A program made the position numbers and the translations under genes. From positions 1-47,978 of the IMG/VR virus record IMGVR_UViG_3300037440_000606: 47,978 bases of DNA. The stretch is one strand, 5' to 3'. The notes beneath the pieces are model-generated. The model saw nothing but the letters and a program-made list of their open reading frames with translations. It ran no database searches and was not told where the DNA came from. Numbering within the stretch: position 1 is the stretch's first letter; the number at the start of each line of letters is the position of its first letter. Shown here piece by piece: positions 17,112 through 24,997 of the stretch. Source of the DNA: a virus. Taxonomy: Duplodnaviria > Caudoviricetes.

Positions 17112-17606
17112 ATGGAGACAACAGTCGCGCCGGTGGCCACCAAGCGGGCCATACCAGCCGACACGTTCGCAGCCCGGCTCATGCTGGCCAGGGCGCACGC
17201 AGGCCACCTGTCGATCCGAGAGGCAGCCGACAGGTGTGGGCTGGGGCGTGGGGCATGGACAAACTGGGAACGCGGAGCGCTACCTGTCGGCGAGGGTCAG
17301 ATCGTCAAGGTCATCTCGGAGAGTCTCGGGGTGGACCGGGACTGGCTGAGCTGGGGCGGCCCACTCACCCAGCCCGAGCGGCGCGGCCCGCGCACCGTCA
17401 CGCGCCGCCGCACGCTTAACAAGACGTATGCGACACCGCCCGTCCGGTCGACCGGGCCGCGGTCCCAGCGGGTGCTCCTCGCCCCAGGGCATGCACCCGA
17501 GCGTCACCCGACCGGCCGACCCGCGACCGAAACGTCCGGTGCAACCCGGACCGAGCTCCGCCGACCGGCCATCACCCGCCACACCCACTCCGGTAGCAGC
17601 ACGTGA
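17112..17606 (+). CDS. Immunity repressor (Xre/CI-like HTH)
   Basis: FAARL..AR.....SIREAADRCGL....WTNWERG...LGVDRDWL; low-complexity C-terminal tail. Confidence 0.85.
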   Translation: METTVAPVATKRAIPADTFAARLMLARAHAGHLSIREAADRCGLGRGAWTNWERGALPVGEGQIVKVISESLGVDRDWLSWGGPLTQPERRGPRTVTRRRTLNKTYATPPVRSTGPRSQRVLLAPGHAPERHPTGRPATETSGATRTELRRPAITRHTHSGSST

Positions 17607-18412
17607 GCATCACCGCACACCCTGAGCTGATGCACGCTGAGCTGCTCGACGAATACCTCGCCGACCTGACCCACGAAGCCTCCGCCGGGACCGTGCGGAC
17701 CTACACCACCGCGCTGCGGCTGGCCCACCATGCACTGCCCGCCGGGGTTGTCATCGCCACCACCGCCGAGTTGCGGACCTGGCTCACCTCCCGCGACTGG
17801 GCGCCGGCGACCCGCTCCACCTACCGTGCCGCCCTGCGCAGCCTCCACCGGTGGCTGGTCGACCGCGACTACAGCGACTACGACCCCAGTGCCCGACTGC
17901 CCCGGGTCAAGATCCCCTACCGGCTGCCCAACCCCACCACCGACCAGGAGACGCGCCGGCTGCTCACCTCACCCGAACCGGTGCGCCGGTGGGCGCTGAT
18001 CGCCGCGTACACCGGCGCCCGCTGCGTGGAGATCAGCCGGCTACGGCGCGAGGACATCACCGAAGAGTCGGTCCGGTTGGACGGTAAGGGCGACAAGGAG
18101 CGGCTGGTGCCCTGCCACCAGCTGGTGTGGGCAGAGCTCCAGGACCTCGACGGGCCGGCCGCGGCCGGGTACACGGCGAAGATGGTCAGCGACCGCGGCC
18201 GGCACCGCGCCCGGCGGCTGCACATCGCCGGCGGGCTGCACCGGCTCCGCGCCTGGTACGCAACCACCCTGCTCGCCGGCGGGGCCAACCTGCGCACCGT
18301 GCAAGAGCTGCTGGGGCATGCGTCGCCGACGACGACGCAGGTGTACACGCTGGTCCCGCCGGAGGCCCTGCGGACGGCGGTCAACGGGCTGCCGGACCTG
18401 GCCGGTAGATGA
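17603..18412 (+). CDS. int: Tyrosine integrase (short, no arm-binding domain)
   Basis: TGAR, GKGDKER, HRLR, LLGHAS...TQVY catalytic residues; only 269 aa. Confidence 0.92.
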   Translation: MSITAHPELMHAELLDEYLADLTHEASAGTVRTYTTALRLAHHALPAGVVIATTAELRTWLTSRDWAPATRSTYRAALRSLHRWLVDRDYSDYDPSARLPRVKIPYRLPNPTTDQETRRLLTSPEPVRRWALIAAYTGARCVEISRLRREDITEESVRLDGKGDKERLVPCHQLVWAELQDLDGPAAAGYTAKMVSDRGRHRARRLHIAGGLHRLRAWYATTLLAGGANLRTVQELLGHASPTTTQVYTLVPPEALRTAVNGLPDLAGR

Positions 18413-18695
18413 CCGGCCGGCGTTGCTCCGGCCGGAGCACGGTGGTCACCGGCACCGGGGCGTCGCCGGCGGCGACCACCCGCGGTATCCGCTCCGGGTC
18501 CAGGTGGCCGGGGTGGCCGATGACCAACGTGTCGAGCAGCCCGCTACGCAGCAGCCGCCGCACATCCTCCCAGCGGCGGACGATGGCGGTCAGGTCCCAC
18601 CCGTGGAGCTCCACGGTCTGTGCGCAGGCGGCCAGCCACCGGTCCAACTCGAGCCCGGCCGGCACGTAGACGACGGAGCGCAGAGGGTCACCCAT
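18381..18695 (-). CDS. Small protein resembling a degenerate serine-resolvase N-terminal fold
   Basis: VVYV...AC......GWDL..IV.....V..LL..G..DTLVI....HL pattern; lacks the Y.R.S catalytic motif. Confidence 0.5.
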   Translation of the reverse strand: MGDPLRSVVYVPAGLELDRWLAACAQTVELHGWDLTAIVRRWEDVRRLLRSGLLDTLVIGHPGHLDPERIPRVVAAGDAPVPVTTVLRPEQRRPVIYRPGPAAR

Positions 18696-18843
18696 TCGGG
18701 GGACCCTGCTCGGCGAGGTAGCGCTCGAGCGCGGCCATGACCAGCCCCGAGACCGGCATCCGGCGCTCCCGGGCGTACCGCTCCGCCCGCTCCCACAACG
18801 CCAGGTCCTCCTCGCGCACGTACACGGACACCTGTCGACCCAC
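18688..18843 (-). CDS. Ribbon-helix-helix DNA-binding protein (51 aa, not in the ORF track)
   Basis: MGRQVSVYVREEDLALWERAERYARERRMPVSGLVMAALERYL. Confidence 0.7.
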   Translation of the reverse strand: MGRQVSVYVREEDLALWERAERYARERRMPVSGLVMAALERYLAEQGPPNG

Positions 18844-18972
18844 CCACGCAGGGATACCCCCGTACGGGTCTATGCAGACCCGTGGGGACGGGGTAGCGTC
18901 CCGGCATGCGGCCCGGCCGCCATGCTGCCCGGCGTAAGCGCCCGGGCCGCACCACCGCTCGGGGAGGGTGAT

Positions 18973-19212
18973 GTGGCAGACGAGATCGGGGCACCGGCCA
19001 GCTCGTGGGCTGAGGCTGTGGATGTGTGCGCCCAGCCGTGGCCGTCGCGGGCGGCGGCGGAGGAGCAGGCGGCGTGGCTGCGCCGCGACGACTGGGCGGT
19101 GCCCGCCTCAACCGGTGGCCGGCCGAGGGCGGATGGCACGGTGGTGGTCGCATCGGTGTACGACCCGCGGGACTGGTCCAGCCCGGGGGACATCTGCTAC
19201 GTGGCCACGTAG
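18973..19212 (+). CDS. Hypothetical protein
   Basis: GGAGG RBS before GTG 18973; converges on 19214. Confidence 0.45.
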   Translation: MADEIGAPASSWAEAVDVCAQPWPSRAAAEEQAAWLRRDDWAVPASTGGRPRADGTVVVASVYDPRDWSSPGDICYVAT

Positions 19213-19213
19213 C

Positions 19214-19333
19214 TCAGTGGCACATCTTGCTCACATGGTCGCCCCCGATCGACAGCCCGAAGATCATCATCGTGATCCCGATGGCCACAGTGATCCAGAG
19301 CATGGTGATGGTCACTTTCAAGAGGATAAGCAT
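19214..19333 (-). CDS. Small single-TM peptide
   Basis: GGAGG RBS; MLILLKVTITMLWITVAIGITMMIFGL. Confidence 0.45.
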   Translation of the reverse strand: MLILLKVTITMLWITVAIGITMMIFGLSIGGDHVSKMCH

Positions 19334-19337
19334 GTGG

Positions 19338-19652
19338 TCAAACACCTCCACCCGGGCCGTTCCGGTACTCGTCTGCCGGCCCAGCCCACCGCACGGCCAA
19401 CTCGTACGACGCCTCCGGGTAGCCAAACGCGAAAAGCAGCGCCAACGCGCTGTGTTCCAACGTCATCGGCCGGCCGGTGTACGGATTCCACCGCCGTGGG
19501 TCCGCCTTGTCGACCGTGGTGTGTAGAGCCACGAACACGCTCAGCCGCCAGACTGTGCTGGCATCGAGAGGCAGCCGCGCCACCGATGCGACCTCGTTGC
19601 GTATCCGCTGCACGGCGGTTCGGGTCTCCGTATCGACCCGCCACGTCAACAT
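19338..19652 (-). CDS. Hypothetical protein
   Basis: Coupled to the upstream gene; C-terminus resembles the end of DUF6221 proteins. Confidence 0.5.
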   Translation of the reverse strand: MLTWRVDTETRTAVQRIRNEVASVARLPLDASTVWRLSVFVALHTTVDKADPRRWNPYTGRPMTLEHSALALLFAFGYPEASYELAVRWAGPADEYRNGPGGGV

Positions 19653-20080
19653 CACGTGGTCACCTCCCGCCCCGGCCGCCACGCCGGATCATAGTCGGGA
19701 TGGTCGGCGTACATGGCAACGAGCGCCCGCAGCGTCGGGCAGGGGAAGTCCTCGTAGCGGCTGTAGCCCTGGCTCTCCCAGAGCAGGCACGTGGTGCACT
19801 TCCCGTCCTCGTACTTGCTGCCGGTCCACACCCGCTCCGGCTTGTGCAGGTCCAAGATCGCCCGCTTGGCCGCCACATCGGCCAGCACCCGCGCCGGGTC
19901 GTGGCTGGCGATGTGCTCGGCATCTCGCAGCCATCCCAGTGCCACTGCCACACCGGTCGGGCAACTAACCACACGAGTCTCGCGCGGCTCACCGACGAGC
20001 GCCCACGGCCCAGGTGCGCAACGCCGCGCCGCCTCCTGGTCTTCGTCCAGCCGGGCGCGGAGGAACTCCACCAGGCTCAC
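19652..20080 (-). CDS. DUF6221-like protein
   Basis: EFLRARLDED, HIA.HDPARVLADV.AKRAI, PC.TLR.L...YADHPDY...W. Confidence 0.85.
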   Translation of the reverse strand: MSLVEFLRARLDEDQEAARRCAPGPWALVGEPRETRVVSCPTGVAVALGWLRDAEHIASHDPARVLADVAAKRAILDLHKPERVWTGSKYEDGKCTTCLLWESQGYSRYEDFPCPTLRALVAMYADHPDYDPAWRPGREVTT

Positions 20081-20331
20081 GTCGTCTCTCCTTCGGTGGG
20101 GGCGTGCCCACGGTCCAGCTTGGCCAGCTGCCGCAGATACTCGCGGGTCCACACATGGTCGGTGGCGCGCAGGATCTCAGCCTGCCCCACGCCGACCTTG
20201 GCGGCCAGGTGGATGGCTTCGACGAGCCGGTCCCGGGCGACGTCCAGCCTTGCGCTGGCCTCGCGGTAGGCGGCGGCGTCCCGGCTGAGCCGAGCTTTGG
20301 CCTTCTCGGCGACGTCTCTCCTGATGCTCAT
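20077..20331 (-). CDS. Small HTH DNA-binding protein
   Basis: RL..AI..A...GVGQAEI.RAT...WTREYLRQL; leaderless behind TGcTATCCT. Confidence 0.7.
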   Translation of the reverse strand: MSIRRDVAEKAKARLSRDAAAYREASARLDVARDRLVEAIHLAAKVGVGQAEILRATDHVWTREYLRQLAKLDRGHAPTEGETT

Positions 20332-20428
20332 ACCCACCAGGATAGCACAGTCGGTTGGCCAACAAATCTGACCGAACGGATGAGCCCTCAGCCTTGCTAG
20401 GCCAACCCACTTGGCATACGCTTATCCC
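20332..20428. promoter_or_regulatory. Divergent leaderless promoters with GTTGGCCAAC-type operators
   Basis: TTGCTA(20394)-17 nt-TACGCT(20417)-6 nt-ATG; palindrome GTTGGCCAAC at 20354-20363 and variant CTAGGCCAAC at 20397-20406. Confidence 0.7.
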
Positions 20429-20617
20429 ATGAGGGCGACGGAGACCAGGACGTGGGGATGGACCCGCAGCGGAGCGCTGTGGTGCACCGGCTGCCACGGC
20501 ACCGGCCAGGTCCCCTGCCCCCACACCCGGATCGTCGACAGCATGTGCTGGACCTGCGACCAGCCCGCCGACGAACCCCAGCCGCAGACCACCTGCCACA
20601 CCTGCGAAAAGGAGTGA
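20429..20617 (+). CDS. Small Cys-rich Zn-finger protein
   Basis: CTGCHGTG, CPH, CWTC, CHTC; leaderless start. Confidence 0.6.
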   Translation: MRATETRTWGWTRSGALWCTGCHGTGQVPCPHTRIVDSMCWTCDQPADEPQPQTTCHTCEKE

Positions 20618-20622
20618 GGATC

Positions 20623-21024
20623 ATGAACACCAACGACCGGTCGCACAAAATCGAGCAGGTCATCGCGGCGGCACGCGCCGACGCACCCACCCCGGCCACC
20701 GCGGACCGAGAGGTGTCGCTGACCGGCTGGCGGACATCCCCACACGTGGCCTACGCGCTGGCCGTCGTGGCCAACCCGGAGGTCGACGTGACCGCCTCGC
20801 TGGATGCGGAGCAGGCCCGCGAGGTGCACGCTCGCACCGAGCGGCTGGCCGCAGAGTTGGCCCCCGAGTTGGACGTGTGGGCCGAGCAGTGCCGCACCCG
20901 GGAGTACGTGGGCTGGTCCCGGTACAGCACGGGTCCGGTCCGGTACGCCGACGAGCCCCGGCCCGCCGAGCGGGAAGTTGTGATCCACCCGGATGTGTCT
21001 GGCTACCCGCCGGACGTGGACTGA
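20623..21024 (+). CDS. Hypothetical protein
   Basis: AGGAGTGAGGATC before ATG 20623. Confidence 0.65.
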   Translation: MNTNDRSHKIEQVIAAARADAPTPATADREVSLTGWRTSPHVAYALAVVANPEVDVTASLDAEQAREVHARTERLAAELAPELDVWAEQCRTREYVGWSRYSTGPVRYADEPRPAEREVVIHPDVSGYPPDVD

Positions 21025-21060
21025 CCTAGCTACCACCCCCACCTGTGAGGAGTGAGGATC

Positions 21061-21204
21061 ATGACCACCACCACCCGACCGGCGGCCACCTCCACCACGT
21101 ACTGCCCCGCCTGCGCGCGGCCACTGCCGATCACCCGGTCCGGCGTCCTTACCACCGCCGAGCTGATCGGGGCGTGCCCGAACCTGAATGCAGCCCCAGC
21201 CTGA
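21061..21204 (+). CDS. Small CxxC protein (47 aa)
   Basis: Same AGGAGTGAGGATC-ATG leader; YCPAC. Confidence 0.55.
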   Translation: MTTTTRPAATSTTYCPACARPLPITRSGVLTTAELIGACPNLNAAPA

Positions 21205-21622
21205 GCCGTACGACATGACCCAGCCGCCCCCGGCACCGCCTGCGCCGAAGACCAAGCGCGGCCGGACGATCCTGGTCGCCCTGGTGACCGGCGCCGTCGC
21301 CTTCGGCATCGGCGTGGCGGCCGGCGGAACCGACACCCCGACCACTGGACCCGGCACCGGCACCACCCCGGCAGCGTGCACCGACGCGCTCGACGCAGCC
21401 GATGACTTGTTCGTCCTGGCCGGTGACGGCCTGACGCAAAGCTCCGTGGCGCTCGGCCTGGCCGGTGAGGGCATCGAGGCAGCGGTGGTGTGGGATGCGG
21501 CCCGGCTGGAAAACATCACCGACGACATGCTCGCGCTGGGTGCGGAGATGGAGTCGACCGGCGTGGAGATGGGCGCGACCCGCGCGGCGTACGACCAGGC
21601 CACGGAGCAGTGCCGCAACTGA
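21188..21622 (+). CDS. Membrane-anchored exported protein
   Basis: Pro-rich N-terminus, TM ILVALVTGAVAFGIGVAAG, helical ectodomain flanked by two Cys. Confidence 0.7.
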   Translation: MQPQPEPYDMTQPPPAPPAPKTKRGRTILVALVTGAVAFGIGVAAGGTDTPTTGPGTGTTPAACTDALDAADDLFVLAGDGLTQSSVALGLAGEGIEAAVVWDAARLENITDDMLALGAEMESTGVEMGATRAAYDQATEQCRN

Positions 21623-21633
21623 CAGCGCACAGC

Positions 21634-21670
21634 AAGAAGCCCGGCCGAGGGAGACCTCGGCCGGGCTCTT
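21634..21670. terminator. Bidirectional intrinsic terminator
   Basis: AGCCCGGCCGAGG-GAGA-CCTCGGCCGGGCT with A-rich and T-rich flanks, between convergent genes. Confidence 0.85.
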
Positions 21671-21674
21671 TGGC

Positions 21675-22010
21675 TTACTCGTCGCGGCCCATCGCGTCGT
21701 CACGGGCGCGGCGCAGTACACGGATCAACCGGTTGACCAGACTGCGGTTCGACAGGCTGACCGTCCACCCGCTGAACCCGGGCGTGAACTGGCCGCCTTT
21801 CGCGCTGCTGAAGTTTTCCTTGAGCTCTTCGGCGTCGACCGGGGGCATGCCGGCGTCGGCCAGCCACTCGTTGACCATCTTCATCACACACTCGAACCCG
21901 GTCGGAATCCCTTCGCACAAGGTGGCGACCTGGACTTCTTCCTGATCCTTGCCCCACGCCACGCTCACATCGAACGGACAGCCGGGCTGGCTGATGAGCT
22001 CTCTTGGCAT
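21675..22010 (-). CDS. Conserved actinophage hypothetical protein
   Basis: C-terminal NRLIRVLRRARDDAMGRDE motif. Confidence 0.7.
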   Translation of the reverse strand: MPRELISQPGCPFDVSVAWGKDQEEVQVATLCEGIPTGFECVMKMVNEWLADAGMPPVDAEELKENFSSAKGGQFTPGFSGWTVSLSNRSLVNRLIRVLRRARDDAMGRDE

Positions 22011-22074
22011 CTCGCCTCTCCCATCTCGGGAATCGGTGGCGTAGTCCACCACCACGGCTCACCCTACAGCGAGA

Positions 22075-22113
22075 AGCCCGGCCGGGATGGGCCACCACCC
22101 ACCCCGGCCGGGC
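22075..22113 (-). terminator. Terminator after the lysis cassette
   Basis: AGCCCGGCCGGG...CCCGGCCGGGCT stem. Confidence 0.7.
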
Positions 22114-22137
22114 TCACCCGCACCCCCGGAACCACGT

Positions 22138-22404
22138 CTACTCCCAAAACCAGCGCCACGGCCAATGGGTCATGTGCGGGATGATCCACACCGTGAGCGC
22201 TACCAGCGCGCCGGTGAACGCGGCGACGGTCCACTTCCGCCGTGGCCGCGGCGGGTCAACGCCCAACTGCCGTTTCGTGAACTCGGTCAGGGTGCCACCC
22301 CGGCCCTTGTGCACCAGGGCGACCGTCTCGGCGGCGACGAACCCGCCGGTGAGCACGGCCAGCCAGATCACCCAGAACAGCGTGAGCCAGCCCGGGTCGG
22401 TCAC
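22138..22404 (-). CDS. Two-TM membrane protein (lysis cassette)
   Basis: Two hydrophobic segments, GTLTE motif; GTGA coupling. Confidence 0.7.
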   Translation of the reverse strand: MTDPGWLTLFWVIWLAVLTGGFVAAETVALVHKGRGGTLTEFTKRQLGVDPPRPRRKWTVAAFTGALVALTVWIIPHMTHWPWRWFWE

Positions 22405-22577
22405 GTCGGCAACTCGTTGGCCGGCGCGATGTACGTGGCCAAGGATGCGGCGACCAGCACTGCCAGCCCGGCCAACTCCGGCGCCAACTCGACCCCGGCC
22501 AGGTGGGCCACGGCAACCACTACGGTGGCGGTCAACCCGCCGAGGATCGCCGCTACCAGCTTCCGTACACGTGCCAT
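22401..22577 (-). CDS. Holin-like two-TM protein
   Basis: MARVRKLVAAILGG...TYIAPAN; AAGGA RBS. Confidence 0.7.
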   Translation of the reverse strand: MARVRKLVAAILGGLTATVVVAVAHLAGVELAPELAGLAVLVAASLATYIAPANELPT

Positions 22578-22590
22578 GATCTTGGTCCTT

Positions 22591-22935
22591 TCAGTCGCAT
22601 CGTAGGCTCGGCGGTTCCGGCACCGGGTGCTCTGCCTGCGCCGATCGGTACGCGTCCGACGCCTCCAGATACGCCGCCAGCGCCGCCGCGAACTCGTCCT
22701 GGTCCTCCGCCGCCACCGCCCGCACCAGCTGGTCCAATGCATCGGAGCGGACCGCCGACAGCCCGCCGAGCAGGGCGGTACGTGCAACGCTGGCATCACC
22801 CCACGCCTGTACGCAGGTGATGATGTCGCCCTGCTGGTTGGCGACGCCTTCGACCCGCAGGAACCCGGGGACGGCCACCACCGCCAACATCAGCAGCGCG
22901 GCGAACAGCGGCCGGTCACGCAGCCAGCGGATCAT
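22591..22935 (-). CDS. Single-TM lysis accessory protein
   Basis: N-terminal TM, helical ectodomain with two Cys, Pro-rich end. Confidence 0.7.
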   Translation of the reverse strand: MIRWLRDRPLFAALLMLAVVAVPGFLRVEGVANQQGDIITCVQAWGDASVARTALLGGLSAVRSDALDQLVRAVAAEDQDEFAAALAAYLEASDAYRSAQAEHPVPEPPSLRCD

Positions 22936-23027
22936 CGGTCAAGCACCGCCGCCAGTAGGGCCAGCCCCAGCCCCGCGACCAGCCACATCATCGTGAACGT
23001 GTACTGCTTGACCATCTGTAGCACCAT
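22932..23027 (-). CDS. Possible 31-aa TM peptide overlapping the holin 3' end
   Basis: [31 protein letters not shown]; ATGA-coupled to the next gene. Confidence 0.4.
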   Translation of the reverse strand: MVLQMVKQYTFTMMWLVAGLGLALLAAVLDR

Positions 23028-23184
23028 GTCGTCTCGCCTCATCGATTCGCATGAAAATCGGACTGAGCAGGATCGCGCCCAGAAAGCTGAGCACCGCTGG
23101 CCGTGCCCCGCCGAGCGTGATCTCGAAGATGGCCAAGGCTTGGGCGACGACCATGACCACACCGTCCCGCAGTGATCTGCTCAC
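22939..23184 (-). CDS. Holin-like membrane protein
   Basis: Two TM segments immediately after the endolysin. Confidence 0.6.
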   Translation of the reverse strand: MSRSLRDGVVMVVAQALAIFEITLGGARPAVLSFLGAILLSPIFMRIDEARRHGATDGQAVHVHDDVAGRGAGAGPTGGGA

Positions 23185-23187
23185 CGG

Positions 23188-24108
23188 TCATGCCGCTTCG
23201 ATGACGTCGCCGGTGGCGGTCACCGTAAAACTGATCTTGGATGGGGTGAGGCCGGGCGGGCCGGCAGGACCAGGGTCGCCCTTCGGGCCGGTGGCACCCT
23301 TCGGACCGGCCGGGCCGGTCGCACCCGCCGGACCCGTCGGCCCTACGGGGCCAGGGTCGCCGTCCACACCTGCGTGCTTGCGCAGCAGATGCCCGGACAG
23401 CTGGTCATAGCCCCAGCCGTCGTACACGTCGCCGGAGGTTGCCGACGACCCGGCAGCCTTGCGCATCGCCAGCACCGCAGCACTGGTTGCCGGGCCGTAG
23501 TTGGCGTCGATCTCACCTGGGCTGAACCCGGCCCGGCGTAGCTGCAGTTGCAGCGCGCGGACCGCGTTGCCCTTATCACCCAACCCGCAGAACATGGTCT
23601 CGATCCCTCCGTTGTTCGCAAGCACCGACAGGACACCTGCCACAGCTGTCCAGTCTGCACAGAACGCGGCCCAGATGCTGACGTGGATGTGCCACAGATG
23701 GCTGGTGTCTGAGCTGGTTTTCCGGTACGGGCCGGTGTCGGTGTCGCGGATCCGGCCGACGACGTTCACCGCGTCAACAGTGCCGTAGAAGTCGCGGACC
23801 GGCCGCATCCGCGGGTCCTGCCGGTCGGCCGCGGCGATCAGCCGGCCGGTGAACGTCCGCATGTTCGCCGCGGACATGGTCAGGTCGATCGCGCGGGCCT
23901 TGTCGTCCGGGCCGCGGTTCAGGTCGAGCGGGAAGCGCACCGAGTAGGACCACGGCCAGTTGGCCAGGTTCGCCGCTACAGTGTTGTGGTAACCGCTCTT
24001 GTTGGCGTAGATGCCGCCCAGCAGCACACCCGGGATCAGGTCGTCGCACTCCTGCCACAGCCGCCACATGGCGGCTGTGATCCTGGACGTGTTCGGGTTG
24101 TCAGCCAT
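23188..24108 (-). CDS. Endolysin: Zn peptidase-like domain + peptidoglycan-binding domain + collagen-like repeat
   Basis: [15 protein letters not shown]; G..G..VR.LQ..L...G...G.ID..YG..T..AV; 14 Gly-X-Y triplets at 23245-23370. Confidence 0.8.
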   Translation of the reverse strand: MADNPNTSRITAAMWRLWQECDDLIPGVLLGGIYANKSGYHNTVAANLANWPWSYSVRFPLDLNRGPDDKARAIDLTMSAANMRTFTGRLIAAADRQDPRMRPVRDFYGTVDAVNVVGRIRDTDTGPYRKTSSDTSHLWHIHVSIWAAFCADWTAVAGVLSVLANNGGIETMFCGLGDKGNAVRALQLQLRRAGFSPGEIDANYGPATSAAVLAMRKAAGSSATSGDVYDGWGYDQLSGHLLRKHAGVDGDPGPVGPTGPAGATGPAGPKGATGPKGDPGPAGPPGLTPSKISFTVTATGDVIEAA

Positions 24109-24292
24109 CGCCGAGCCCGTCCGGTAGTGGACCGCCGGCACGCAACTGGTCGAACTGCTCATCGGTCAACGCCGCCACCCGCTGACCGTGGCGGACCTCC
24201 CACCGGTTGGCACGCAGCCGGCCGGTGGCCTGCCGCACCTGAATGCCGCGGAGTTCGTCGAAGATGTGCCAGTCGTGCTTGGTCGCGGACAT
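24101..24292 (-). CDS. Small hypothetical protein preceding the endolysin
   Basis: GAGGAG RBS; overlaps the endolysin start. Confidence 0.6.
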   Translation of the reverse strand: MSATKHDWHIFDELRGIQVRQATGRLRANRWEVRHGQRVAALTDEQFDQLRAGGPLPDGLGDG

Positions 24293-24293
24293 G

Positions 24294-24500
24294 TCACTCC
24301 TCCTGGTCTTCGGTGCTGCCGTGCTCCGGCGCCGGACGCTGGGGCAACCCGACCTCGTGCACGTACCACCGGATGAACTCGCGCAGCACGCTCGACCGGT
24401 CCACCCCGGCGCTGCGGGCGGCCACCCCGAACCGGTCCCACAGTTCGTGGTCGATCCGGACTGTCTGCCGTGCGGTACCTCGTCCGCTTCTGCCCGTCAC
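24294..24500 (-). CDS. Ribbon-helix-helix regulator
   Basis: GTARQTVRIDHELWDRFG..A...G.DRSSVLREFIRWY. Confidence 0.8.
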   Translation of the reverse strand: MTGRSGRGTARQTVRIDHELWDRFGVAARSAGVDRSSVLREFIRWYVHEVGLPQRPAPEHGSTEDQEE

Positions 24501-24510
24501 ATCCGACAAG

Positions 24511-24582
24511 GTGTCATGACAGATTCCCGACTGATCAGCTCCATGTGTCATGACACCTATGGTACCGTGGGTGTCATGACAC
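24511..24582. promoter_or_regulatory. Three GTGTCATGACAC palindromic operators over divergent leaderless promoters
   Basis: Copies at 24511-24522 (1 mismatch), 24545-24556 and 24571-24582; extended -10 TGgTACCGT 7 nt before ATG 24576. Confidence 0.8.
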
Positions 24583-24986
24583 ACATGAGGCGCATAGCCG
24601 CCACCATCGCAACCATCGTCGTCACCGGCGCCGGCCTGGCTGGTGCCGCCACAGCCCAGCCGCCGCAGGAGCAGGAGTGGCGCAGCAACGTCACCACCTC
24701 CCCGTACGGCACGTTCAACTGGCCGGTGCTGGAGCAGTGCTGGATCGACCGGTTCCTGCCCCGCGACCAGGCCGTGGCGGCGGCGGCTGCCCGTCCCGCC
24801 ACCTGCCAGGCCCTGATGTTGGCCTGTGATTGGCGCATCGACTACCCGTCGGTCTACTGGATCGAGCAGGCATGTGGCCGGGTGTCGAGCTGGTCGGGCA
24901 CCTTCGGCGAGTCCTGGTACGGCAACGGCTTGTACCCGGAGGCTCGGGTGTGGGTGGCGACCGCCCGCTCCGGTGGCACCCCGTAA
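24576..24986 (+). CDS. Secreted protein (moron)
   Basis: Signal peptide MRRIAATIATIVVTGAGLAGAATA; mature part Trp-rich with four Cys. Confidence 0.7.
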   Translation: MTHMRRIAATIATIVVTGAGLAGAATAQPPQEQEWRSNVTTSPYGTFNWPVLEQCWIDRFLPRDQAVAAAAARPATCQALMLACDWRIDYPSVYWIEQACGRVSSWSGTFGESWYGNGLYPEARVWVATARSGGTP

Positions 24987-24997
24987 GCCCGAGCGAC

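Noticed and set aside
17409-17437. Resemblance of the candidate att core to a dif site (CGCATA...TGTTAA on the minus strand)
   Set aside because: Spacing between the arms is about 5 nt too short for XerCD dif geometry
17340-19340. tRNA-derived attP core near the integrase
   Set aside because: No T-arm-like GTTCGA(A/G)TC sequence found on either strand in this region by eye
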